Origin: Octopus sinensis
Lineage: Eukaryota
Reading direction: 5' to 3'
Assembly: GCF_006345805.1 (NCBI RefSeq)
Contig: NC_043005.1
Location: 21,204,001 to 21,268,000 of the forward strand
DNA: 64,000 bases
Positions 26,801 through 39,412 of the stretch are shown here, piece by piece. Below the pieces are notes generated by a model. It did no database searches, was not told where the DNA came from, and saw only the letters and a program-made list of their open reading frames with translations. Each line of letters begins with the position of its first letter. Within the stretch, counting starts at the first letter, position 1. A program made the translations under genes and the position numbers.

Positions 26801-29541
26801 TGAAGTATTTTTACTAGGCAGCTGTCGTAAGAGATATTGATTTGGTTCCTTCTTCAGACACTGGATCTCACAATGTAGGATGGCTTATATTCAATGTTCA
26901 CATTAATTGAGCAACCCTTGGTACTATTTATTATTAAATGCTTGGTCTGTCAAGAAAATTCTCTCTTATCTCTACTGTATATTTTAGCTGTAAAGCATTT
27001 GTAGAATTATGATAGCTGGGCACTTCAATAAATTAAGTTTCCAATCAATCATTATTTACATATAAACATTTCAGAGATTACTTGCTGGGAATGTTATGCT
27101 GAATATCAGGAGTTTGTCTATGTTCAGAGAGATGTGAGATAACACATTTTTATATTTGCTGAGGTAATTTCTTAACATGGCTGCCAGTAAACCAAGAATA
27201 CCTCTACTGATCTTTGCCATGCTCCTTTACTGTCTGACTTGTATTTCCTGCACATGTCAATTTCTGACCATCATGTGGAGTGAAAGGGTATGCAATTTTC
27301 CATTACTCTTGATACCCATACAAATATGCCAGGAACGAATTTGGCTAAAAGAATACTAAAATCACCAGATGTGAAACATCATCACCAAATATAGAAATAT
27401 ATGTTGTGAGTTTTGTCCAATGCAAAACTATCATGGTTTTAAATGTTAAGTACCACTACATGTTTACTGGAAGGATGGAGAGATTGATTGGTATCTCACT
27501 GGAAACAGGCCACCTTGAATGTGACTTTGTCTATGGTAGCCAATTTGGCTTACATTAACAATGTCACTGTCGTGGTATCAGACTCTTTGAATGTAGAAGC
27601 CATAGATAAGATACTGAAAGAGTAAAAGGTTTGTACAGACATATACATAAACTGAAACAAATTTATGTGCTTGCAACTAGCCACTTGGAGAGGTAAGCCC
27701 ATGTTGGCCATCAATCAAAATGCTCAGAATCTGTTGCAAATTAGAGTACGAGATGTTGTGAGTGGAGTGACCTGCCTCGCTCAGGAAACTGTTCCTGAAT
27801 ACTAGCACAGATGCAAGTAATGCAGATATTGATTTGATGGTGTACTACCATCTGACTCTCACACGTTGATCAGGCTAGAGCAGATACTTTTCCACTTCTT
27901 TTAAAAGGAACAGGTTCCACTGGTCAGGAAATCAATTTGCTGCCATACCTACTTTATGATAGTTTTTAAATGTCATACTCTGAGGTTGACTCACCTACAG
28001 AAGTTTCTGACCCAATGCAATGATGATGACAATTATGAAAACCAGTGTGAACTGATGTCATTGTCTTTTGTACAATACGTCTTTCTGTAGTTCATCTCCT
28101 AAGCAACAACCATGAGTCATGCATAGAACAAGGCTGGACAACATTTTGTATCTAGAAGATTGCCAGGTGCTCCCAGCAATAGAACAGCAGGTCAAGAGCA
28201 TTGTCAGGAAAGTAACTATAGATTTTTATAGAGGATTAATTGACTGTAAGCGGGATGATGGCCTGGGATTAACTCTGGGTATCAATGACAACAGCTTGAT
28301 CAGTTTCTTCTGGAGGACTTTTGGGCTGGAGTTCTTAGACACAGTTGTATTTCATCCTTTATATTGTCCTCAGACTTTATTATTATCATCATCGTCATCT
28401 GTAGTAATAGCAGCAGCATTTCCTCAGATAAATAATATCAGGAAAGTGTAATAGCCAGTCCTTGGTCAGTAGTATCATTGTAAAGTGGTACAAAAACAAA
28501 TGAGACACAATAGAGAAAGGGAATTGTAGTGGAGTCAAATTATTGAATCAGGCTATGAATATCATTGAGAGATTCACAAATGATACCACAAAAGATGATG
28601 CCCAAATATGTACTGAGGCTGTGACATACCTAGCAGTTCTTTGACAACGAACATGTATGATTATTGTTTGAGCTGTGGAGAAACAGAATCTCTCTTTCAG
28701 AGAGCTGTAGTCATTGGTCAAACAAAGACCAAGACAGGCTGTTGGTAAACAAATTCTCATAAAGTTCTCACAGTATTCCACTAATAGGGTTCTATGGTCA
28801 GTAGAATTTCCACTTTCACTTAATATAGAAGGTTAGATGAAAGTTAGTGCAACAATGTTCTTGAGGGAAATCTGGATGCTGGTCAGCTCCTAAAGAGTTT
28901 CAGATCAGACTAGTGAGAGAGGGCATTTGTTTTAGCGATCAGGGTGACTGTAGTTTTGTAAGGTTTCCTCAAGTAACTCTTGGAGGTCTCCAATGCTTTG
29001 GGAAATTTTTTCTTTGTTTGAAATATTAGATAATTAATTAGAAGTACAAGTAATTGAAATTTTGACTAGAATATAAAACCATTTGGTGCATTGTTTTATA
29101 AATAAATGGATAATATAAAATTACAATCGATCCATGAAACTATTTTTCTGTGCAAAACACTCTTCAAAGAATCAATGCAAATTATAGCACATCATGAAAC
29201 ATGAAAGATTATCGTAATATTTCAGTTGTAGATAATCCATTTGTACATCATTCTTCTGATTATGTGCATTTGTTTAAGACTGAATGACCACAACAGCGAT
29301 ATTGACCCTTCAAATCATAAATATTGAGGCAAAGTTTCAAATAAGTCTGATGATGTTCTACAACTCACATGAATTCTGATTAAGGTGTCATTTCAAGGAT
29401 CAATTTTTTTGTTTATAATAAATTGGCTGTTTACAGAATAATGCACCAGATGGTTTACAATATTTATCTTATGTGTGTGTGGATGTGTTTGGGTTGGTTC
29501 ATGAGTATAAAATATATTTCTTGATTTTTCTTTCTTTCCAG

Positions 29542-29775
29542 CTGATGACAAGATTTTAATGCTTAAAAGAGTTAGCATACCACCACAGAATATTTTGGGA
29601 CACTTTAAGAATAAGACTTCAAAGGATTGTAGTGAAGTTTGCCAACAATATCTAAGATGTAATTCTTATCAGTATAATGAGAAAAATAAATTATGTGACT
29701 TGAGTAATGCAACTCAGGCAATTCCTGAACTTAGACCCAACAATGGAAACTGGGATACTTACATCTTTATAGAAG
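29542..29775 (+). CDS. Exon B2: PAN/Apple-like domain, type B
   Basis: tttccag|CT acceptor, G|gtcagt donor. 234 bp, phase 1-1. Encodes DDKILMLKRVSIPPQNILGHFKNKTSKDCSEVCQQYLRCNSYQYNEKNKLCDLSNATQAIPELRPNNGNWDTYIFIE. Confidence 0.88.
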
Positions 29776-30724
29776 GTCAGTAGAGTGTTCTCATCTTATT
29801 TATTGTGTGCATGTCAGTGTGAGTGTGCACGGGTTGGACAGAGCTTATTCAGGCAGATTTTCTTCGAGTAGATGCCTTTCCTGTCACCAACCCTCACCTG
29901 TTTCCAAGCAAGGTAATATTTTCCCATAGACAGGCATGTTTTCACAGAATACTGGAAATGATTTCCACTGCTTTATGACATTGGCAATTGTTTTACAAAT
30001 ATCAATTGATGTCAAGGCAAGGAGACACAGACATACACACATTCGTGCACAAATGCATATATATTACATATATATATTTATATAAAACATTTTTTTATAT
30101 GTACTTTAATATACTTTTTATTTGCTATAACTACTTTACTTTTTCACTTTCCTTTTCCTGTTTTTTGTTAACTTTAAGGTTGGTCAATTTTCTGAATTTA
30201 GATCTAGCACCTTTATTGATATGAAGCAACATATATTCAATTTTACTGACCATACCAAGTTAATTTTATCTAGTCTCAGTCTTCCATATATCGTATATAT
30301 AAAGGAAAATTTTGTATATACACTTAGAGTTGAAGCATTGGTGTAACACTGATGTTAGCTATTAAGCTAACTTTCTTTATCTACATTGATTTGTAATTAT
30401 ACAATTGCATTATATAATGTATAGCATGTATATTAGTGCAGGTATGTAAAGGTAATTTATTATGCACTAAAATTATCATCACACAAAGAACACCATGAAA
30501 TGGATGACAAGTGGTTGAATATATATCATACCTCCTGATATTTTACAGTTTATATACTTCTTATAAAATAATCTCATCAATTGGATATTCTGGATTTCAA
30601 CTGCATGGAATTTAATCTATACTGAATTATTATGTGGTTTGTTAGCCGAGTCCAATAGAGGAGTTTTTTGTAATAGCCACCTGATTCTATGAGACTATAT
30701 ATTACACTTCAAATTCATATACAT

Positions 30725-31870
30725 TATCATCATCATCATTTAACATCCATTTTCCATGCTGACATTAGTTAAACAGTTTGACTGAAGCTGACCAGCTGAA
30801 GAGCTGTCTGAGCTCCATGTTTTTTGGAATGGTTTCTGTGGCTGGGCACCCTTCATAACGCCAACCACTTTACAGAGAGAACTGGGTACTATTACACATT
30901 ACTGGCACAGGTGCTTTTACATAGCACCAGTGCAGTGCTTTTTATGAGACACCAGCACCCACAAGCCCACAAGATTAGAATCACTCAGCTGAAGAGTGAT
31001 GTAGAGGACTTGTTTGTATGCAAAGACAACCACAATTTTATTTAACTTGACAAGTCTTCTCAAGTACAGCAAACTGCCAGAAGTCTCAGTTTATTTTCAT
31101 CTTTTTAAGGCCCAACATCTGAAGATAATTTCTCACCACTTTATCCCACATTTTTCAGGGTCTACCCCTTCCACACATTCTCTTCATTATTAGAAATAAG
31201 CACTTCTTTATGTAGTTATCCTCATCCATGCACATTACATCACCATACCAGCACAGTCTTCTCTCTTGCATTCTTCATCTGAACCCTTGTATAACCAGTT
31301 TTTCTCTCAAATCACTTACACTGTCATATAAGCACACTCACATTATCCATCCAACATAGCATGCTGTTTTCATTTCTTTCAAGCCTTTGCATGTCCCCAA
31401 TAGTCATAGCCCATGTCTCACTGCCATGTAGCTTAGCTGTTTGAACACAAGCATCATACAATCTACATTTCAATCTGAGCAGGAGGCACTTTGTTATTAA
31501 TAGAGATAGTAGCTCTCTGAACCTTTCCCAGCTCTTTCTTATTGTAGCAGCTACGCTTTTGGAACAACCTCCACCACTGCTAACTCAGTCACCTAAGTAA
31601 GAGAAACTGTCTACTACTTCTAAGGATCCCCGACGACATTTGAGGGAGTCTATTTTCTGAACATTTTTGGTGTTTAATGTACTTGCACATCTACTACAAG
31701 TAAAGTCTACTATCACTGTTAATCTTCCAGTGATACTACTACACCCCTTATGTGTCCATAGCTTGCACTGGGTACATAGAATGGATTTTCTACTGACACC
31801 TTTTCTACATATTGAGCAGGGTCATATCCCTGAAGGGATTTGATGGGTTTGTCTAATTCCCTACTCACTT
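30725..31870 (-). mobile_element. Degraded RTE LINE, 3' portion
   Basis: (CAT)n tail at 30725, followed by sequence homologous to 5100-5900. Confidence 0.75.
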
Positions 31871-32939
31871 AAGACTTATTCCTAGTTTGAGAGTTGTTTT
31901 CATCTATTCAGATTTGTCTCTAAGCTTCTTGTTTGTTTGTACTCTGTCACTACAATTTGCATGAGATATTTGTGTGCATATCTTGTCTATTTGATGATGA
32001 TTATCAACCTGCAACTGAATATTCACAAGCTGAACCGGCTCATTATATTGTTTTGAAGTACATTTTTATCTTCTTGAGATAGTCAAGCCAGTCTATCATG
32101 TGTAGCAGAAACAGAATCATATGCTCTATGTCTGCAAGCATATTCAGACTGTTGATTGTCATTTTGCTCGTGTTTTCTCTGAGTTATATGTCCTTCTTAT
32201 CTTTGTTGTTGTACTTTTGCTGCTGACCATTGTTTTTTAGTTCAATATTTTTTTCTGAATGCTCTGAGTTGAATTGAAAAATTCACATACTGAATTGTAG
32301 TTAACATATTAAATGAAATCAACAAAGGCAAAATCAACATAGGCACAGGAATTAACCAAAGGCTTTCCTTATCCAAAGGACCATATGTGACACATTTGTG
32401 TATAATGCAATAAAACTTGAAATGGAAACTTTCTATGAAATTTTGATATGATATATAGATATAGTGTAAAAACTTTCACAAGTATTTTCAAAGTATCTTG
32501 AAGGAAAGCATTGTAGTCACTTATTTTCAATAAAAATAAGTGTATAGAATTGGTAGAGAGAGAAGGAATGAGAGAGCATATTGCAAGGGAAGAAGCTGAG
32601 AGTAACAGTGTGTGCAGGGAAAGACAAAAGGCATTAGAAGAAAGAATATAGGAAGGGATACAAATGAAGTGTAGGTGAGAGAGGACCCAAAAAGGGAAAG
32701 AATTAAGATGATAAAAAATGCTGCTGTTTTGCACTGAATAAAAATTAGTTTCCTGGTTCAATCGCATAGTTAAAATCTTGAATAATAAAAGATTCTTGCA
32801 AACTACATTTTGATAAAAATTTATTAGAATTGATGTTTTTAAGCCGCATCTAGACTGTAGATTTTCATAATTGCATTTTTTAGTAAAAGCCACATGCTCA
32901 TGCATATATATGTGTGTACAGGTATACAATGCATCTATG

Positions 32940-33017
32940 TACATACACATACATACATACATGCATGCATGCATACATACATACATACATACATACATAC
33001 ATACATACATACATACA

Positions 33018-33048
<31 letters not shown>

Positions 33049-33192
33049 GTGTGTGTGTGTGTGTGTGTACACGTGTACACGTGTACATATGTGTGTATAT
33101 ATGCTGTGTGCAAATTTCTTCAATATATTTTTCTCATGAAGTTTCATTCTAAATTCCGCCTATATATTTGTGTATGTGTATGAGTACATATA

Positions 33193-33228
<36 letters not shown>

Positions 33229-33260
33229 TGTATGTATGTATGTATATGTGTGTGTGTGTG
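32940..33260. repeat. Compound microsatellites (TACA)n, (TG)n, (TATG)n
   Basis: Direct inspection; source of the YIHT and MYVC ORFs. Confidence 0.95.
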
Positions 33261-33374
33261 TCAATGTATTTATATCTGTGTGAAAATTTCTTCAGTTTGT
33301 TAATATACTTTATTCTCAATTTGATATTAACACCTTGTTCTCACTCACCACTGATATTAATTTCTCAATTCCAG

Positions 33375-33544
33375 CATACAGAAAAATTGACTGTGGACCA
33401 CCAAAAGATGTTGAGGCTGCAAAAAAGTTCTACACATCCACCACGTATAAATCTGTAGTGACTATAAGTGTCCATTGGGACATGTATTGAAATCAGTGTG
33501 CAAAGAGGATAATAAATGGACTTCTGTAGTGTCAAGTTGTAAAG
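33375..33544 (+). pseudogene. Exon S3*: frameshifted Sushi/CCP exon (pseudo-exon or sequence error)
   Basis: Intact ttccag|CA acceptor and G|gtaatg donor, but 170 bp rather than 171. GTG AC-TAT at about 33462 versus GTG ACC TAT in S1 and S2. The entry frame reads YRKIDCGPPKDVEAAKKFYTSTTYKSVVTISVHWDMY* (TGA at 33488-33490); the shifted frame continues YKCPLGHVLKSVCKEDNKWTSVVSSCK. Confidence 0.8.
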
Positions 33545-34152
33545 GTAATGCAAATAGGTTCTTTCTTGTTGCCTCTGTCTAAGTAATTTTGTTTTAGTTT
33601 TGTTAAATGTATTTGACAGAGGAAGAATGGCTGTGGCCATAACAATTTCCATTGTATTTGATGGAAGGTAGAGAAGTTATCCTCAGACCAGAGAACTCTT
33701 CAAATGCTTGCAACAGGAAGAGATTCAGTAAAGCTTCTCAAGAGTCAGGCAATGGTATTAGTTTGGGGGATTATCTATGCATACCACACAAACTCAGGAA
33801 AAAGGGAATCTTGTTTACCTCAGCAGGCTTCCACATAGTTTCCATCCACCAGATTTCATTCACAATGCCTGGTTTTTAAGTTGACTTTTAACATGCAACC
33901 AGAAGTCCACAACAGTACCACAGCTGTTAAGTGAACTTAACACATCCACAGCTATACCTCACTTCATCTTGACCATTTTTCTCTTCATTTCTATGTTGAC
34001 CTTTCTCTTCAATACATTGTGTCATCTTCGGAAATTGTACAATACAATGCTCTGAGTCCTTCTTTACCAGAATTCAGTAATAATTTGAAGCTGACTTTGA
34101 TACTTTAGTTATCATCTGGTCTAAAATCTTAAATGATACAAATAATAATAAA

Positions 34153-37100
34153 TCGTCGCGGCTGGAGACTTTAATGGGCATGTTGGGCGGGAATCAGGTA
34201 TCTTCACTGGGGTACATGGTGGCCAAGGTATTGCACCCGAAATGATGAGGAAACTAGACTACTGGAATTCTGTGATGCATGTAACCTTTTAATCTGCAAC
34301 ACTAACATCAGGAAGCCAGACAGCCACCTTATAACCTATCAGTCAGGGGACTCTGCTAGCCAGATAGATTTCATCCTCACCAGACAGCGGGATGCAGGGT
34401 TGCTCTTAAATACAAAGACCCTCCCGGGTGAAGAATGAGCTCCTCAGCATAGGCTAGTCATTAGTGACTTTAGGCGTGAAGCCAGAAGATACCAAGAAGC
34501 AGACCAATCCAGAAAAGAAGGATTTGGAAGCTAAAGAACCCTTCACATGGTCAGAGATTTAGGGACATCTTCATCAAGAAATTTGATGAGAGGGAGGAGG
34601 ACCTACAGATGTCGGACATAGAAGGTAGCTGGAAATTCCTACGGGACAGCTTGCTGAGTGCCACAGACCAAGTCTGCGGATGGTGCAAGGTCCCTTCCAG
34701 AGCTAGAGTTACGTGGTGGTGGAATAATACAGTAGACAAAGCCATTAGAGCAAAGAAACAGGCCTGGAAAGCCTGGAGAGATGGAGGTAGCAGGGAACTG
34801 TACCAGGTAGCCAAAAGGGAGGCTAGGCAGCAGGTATACATAGCCACGAGTGAAGCAGAAAAGAAGTTTGCCAATGTCCAGCAACGTGAGGACCAAAGAA
34901 CTGAGGTATTTTGGATTGCAAGACAGTGTGTGAGAGAAAATTGTGATATCACAGGAGAGAAATGCGTCCACATGGATGATGGTGCACTTGCTTTCAATGT
35001 TTCTGAAAAGAAAGAGGCTTCAAGAAGCAATTATGAGAGACTGCTGAATGTGGAGAATGAATGGGAGGAGGAGAGCCTTCCAAATGTTGACCCAGTAGCG
35101 GGACCAGCTATCCGAATAGACAGCTCCCTAGTAGATAAAGAAATTAAGGGTATGAAACCAGGAAAAGCCCCCGGCCCATCAGCAATCCCTGCTGAGATGC
35201 TTAAAACATCTGGTGGTGTGGGCTATGGCCTAGTCACCCGCATTGTAAACCAGGTAGTTCATAATGGAGTCATACCCAATGACTGGCGTAGCAGCACCAT
35301 AGTTGACTGCTACAAGAGTAAAGGTAATGCTCTAGATAGAAATAACTACAGGGGTATTAAACTGTTATATCAGGTGATGAAGGTCACAGAGAGGGTCATA
35401 GCCCATCTCATTAGGGAGAGGGTTTGCTTAGATGAGATGCAGTTCGGTTTTGTGCCGGGTAGAAGCACCACTGATGCCATATTCCTGGTTCGACAACTGC
35501 AGGAGAAATACCTACCTAAAGATAAATCCCTCGACATAGCTTTCGTGGACTTGGAGAAAGCTTTTGACAGGGTCCCCTGATCCCTTATCTGGTGGCCAAT
35601 GCAGAAACTGGAGATTGACGAATGGTTAATAAAAGCTGTACAGGCCCTATACAGAGAGGCCATTAGTAAGGTTAGGATTGGCAACGAGTATAGTGAAGAA
35701 TTCCGAGTAGACGTAGGGGTCCACCAAGGCTCAGCCCTCAGCCACTTTTTATTCATCATAGTCCTCCAGGCAATAACAGAGGAATTCAAATCAGGTTGCC
35801 CCTGGCAGCTCCTCTATGCTGATGACTTTGCCCTAATAGCAGAATCACTACCGGAACTAGAAAAGAAATTTCGGGTGTGGAAGCTAGGTTTAGAATCAAA
35901 AGGCCTAAGAGTCAATGTAGCAAAGACCAAAGTTCTAATAAGTAGAAAGGCGAACTCATCACACACCCCTCAGGTAGGTGGCCCTGCTCAATCTGTAGAA
36001 AAGTTGTAGGTAGAAACTCCATAAGATGTACCCAGTGTAAGGTATGGACACATAAGAGGTGCAGCACCATCAAAGGAAAATTAACCGAGAAGATAGCTTT
36101 CATGTGTGGCAGATGCACAGTGGCAATAGACACCATTGATACTCAGAAAACAGATTCTATTACACTCCTGGGGGAGAAACTAGAAGTAGTTGATAGTTTC
36201 CGCTACCTAGGTGACCAAGTTAGTAGTGGGGTGGATGCTCAGAGAGTGTTACTACTAGAATAAGAATAGCCTGGGCAAAGTTCAGAAAGCTCCTACCCCT
36301 ACTAGTGACAAAGGGCCTCTCACTCAGAGTGAAAGGTAGATTGTACGACGCATGTGTGCAAACTGCCATGCTTCACAGTAGTGAAACATGGACTGCGACT
36401 GCAGAGGACATGCATAGGCTTGAAAGAAATGAAGCTAGCATGATCTGCTGGATGTGTAATGTCGATGTGCATACATGACAGAGTATAAGTGCCCTGAGAG
36501 AAATGCTGGACATAAAAAGCACTGGATGTAGCATGCAAGAGAGACGTCTGTGCTGGTATGGTCATATACTATGGATGGATGAGGAGAGATGTGTGAAGAA
36601 GTGCCACTCCCAAACAGTTGAAGGAATCTGGGGTAGAGGTATACCCAGGAAGACATGGGATGAGGTGGTCAAGCATGATCTTAGAATGTTGGGTCTCATA
36701 AAAGCAATGACGAAAGACCGAGACCTCTGGAGATATGCAGTGACTGCGAAGACCCATCAAATAATGTGATTTCATGGCTGTTTCCTGCACCAGCTTCACA
36801 TAGAAGCCCCAGCTCTTCCAAAGTACCTTGGATCACAGAACAGCCTGCTGTACTTACTTGGATCGTAGGGCAACCTGCTGTGCTTGAGGAGACCTATTGA
36901 GTCAAGTACATCACCATCAACATCAAAAATCAAATGGAAATTTTATGCACCATCCATACGTGGTCAATGCCAATGCTGCCTTGACTGGCTTCTGTGCCAG
37001 TGGCACATAAAAAGCACCAACCAATTGTGGCTGTTGCCTGGCACAAAAAAAGCACCATTCATACGTGGCCGATACCAGCGTCGCCTTGACTGGCTTCCGT

Positions 37101-37470
37101 GCTGGTGGCATGTAAAAAGCACCAACTGATCATGGCTGTTGCCAGCCTACCCTGGCACCTGTGCTGGTGGCACCTAAAAAGCACCATCTGTACGTGGCTG
37201 ATGCCAGCGCCATCTTGACTAGCTTTCATGCCAGTGGCACATAAAAAGCACCAACCGATTGTGGCCGTTGTCATCCTCCCCCCCCCCGGTGGCACGTAAA
37301 AAGCACCTACTACACTCACGGAGTGGTTGGTGTTAGGAAGGGCATCCAGCTGTAGAAACACTGCCAGATCAGACTGGAGCCTGGTGCAGCCTCCTGGCTT
37401 CCCAGACCCTGGTCGAACCATCCAACCCATGCTAGCATGGAAAAAGACGTTAAACGATGATGATGATGAT
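34153..37470 (+). mobile_element. RTE-clade LINE, longest copy (partial endonuclease, RT, 3' UTR repeats, (GAT)n tail)
   Basis: AGDFNGHVG at about 34160, ORF 34609-35580 (KAPGPS, NYRGIKLL, QFGFVPGRSTTDAIF, FVDLEKAFDRVP) and ORF 35599-36009 (GVHQGSALS, LYADD). Several stops and frameshifts. Inserted in the intron flank shared by Sushi exons. Confidence 0.92.
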
Positions 37471-39412
37471 GTTACTCATTTACCTACAAACCAGCATTTT
37501 AAAAATAGAATGGGTTTAGTCAATATCATCGACTCTAGTACTTGAGTGGTGTTACATGTTATTGATTCCAACAAGAAAGAAAATCAAAGTTGACATTGGA
37601 TTTGAACAAAAAGCATGATGAATCTGAATACATGCCATAAAGCATTTCTTCAAATTTTATAATTTGTATACATTTATATATTTAAAATAAAGATGAGGAT
37701 GAAGATAGAATCCTTTTGAATGCAGAAGTACCTCTAACTGGAGCCAACTGAGAAGCTCCACCATCAAAGATCTCAAACTGCAAGGGAAAGTGTCTTCTCT
37801 GGTTATTTGTCTGTGACCTACAGGTTTATGGACTTTGGGCCTCATCTACTCCTACCATTTTAACCACTTTTACTATGCTTTCTATAGTTTCCTTTGAGGA
37901 CAGCATTTTTCTCTCCATCATCACCTTCTTTACAGGTGAAACTTTAAAAATTCAGATGTGTGATTGACCAAAGAAGAAAGTTCCTATCATCAAACCTCAC
38001 AGCCTCATCCACAAGACAACCTCTTTTGTCATAGCTACCAGACAGAGGCAAACTTCCTTCTCTGCTTGGTTAAGGATGCAAGGCTATAATCACTATGGAC
38101 TTGACTAACACCCTGACCTTACCCATGCAAAATGACTGCTGTTTGACATAAATCTACCTGTCATTAATACCTAGACACTGAATGAGGCCTTGTAAAATAA
38201 ATCTATTGCACTGTGCACATCTCAGTCTGCACTGACTGGTGGCACTCCCTAGTATTTCCTGACAACAAGGTTTTTGAAACAAACTTACCACTTCATTCTC
38301 ATTGATGCCAGCATGTTCTTAAGAATGTTGGTGCTCTTTAATTCACTAATCCTATATAGATTACTCCAGTGGAACACTTAGTAATTTGATTGACCATGTC
38401 AGGGTTAATACAGTAAACTTTATCATATGCAATCCTTAGGGTTACTTGAGATAACATAGCCATCCTTTTTTACGATATTAGGTTGTGATTGGAGGAGATT
38501 TTGTTAATATTTCGGGCATGTCAGATATTGATATCAGGCCTTCCATAAGGGCTGGTTCACAATAAATATTGAAATTAATATTGCAAGCTAACAGATCTGA
38601 CACAGCTTATTGTCTGGTATAATCTGTTGTCTGATACAGCACCACCACCTGGCCCTTCAGATATCCATGTTGAATATAGTAGACAATACTTGGTTAATGT
38701 TTATATATCTATTCCAGTAATAAATTTATGCATTAACCCACAGATGCTCAAACTGGGCATAGATGTTATGAATCTCACATGTATAGGAGGGAGGATGGCA
38801 TGGAAATTTCTTGACATTGCTGTTTCCATCATGACTAACTGAAGAAATAAATATACCACTTCATTGTCATCGATTTTGTATTCATTATTTAGGTACATAG
38901 CCAAACATAATAAAAGAAAGCAATGAAATTATGTGGTATTCATGTCTTTCTCAAAGGCTCTAATTGTCTGTAAAATGAACTGATTTAGACTGAGAATCAA
39001 ACTCTGATCATTGATTCACACTACTTAGTCCACATTTATACTAAAAGAATAACTATGGGAAAATACTGAAGATCATTTCCTGCTAGGAAAACAAATAGTA
39101 ATGTGGCTACATATTGAAGCAAGATATTATGATTAATTAAAATTTCTCTGCCAATGGGTGGTAAAATCATTATGCTAATGACTTATTCTCATCATGAAAT
39201 TCAGAAGAGACATCCTCATAAAGATAATCATATTTTTATTTCATTTTAATGAATTATAATTCCTTAGATTGCTACATTAAACTGTTAGTGTCCACTTTTA
39301 CTACATACATATATTAATCCACTAGATGATGATGATGATGATAGTACTGCTGTTTTAGTTCCCAAGGACAAATCATTGCAAAATCAGTAACTAACAATAC
39401 ATCCTTCTGAAT

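Noticed and set aside
32369-33458. Long ORFs with YIHT and MYVC repeats (similar ones at 3379-3788, 12097-12454, 48328-48582, 60199-60426)
   Set aside because: Stop-free translations of (TA)n, (TACA)n and (TG)n microsatellites.
37700-38520. Possible additional LINE remnant on the minus strand
   Set aside because: Only weak motif echoes (AYDKV, GVP); too degraded to call without a profile search.
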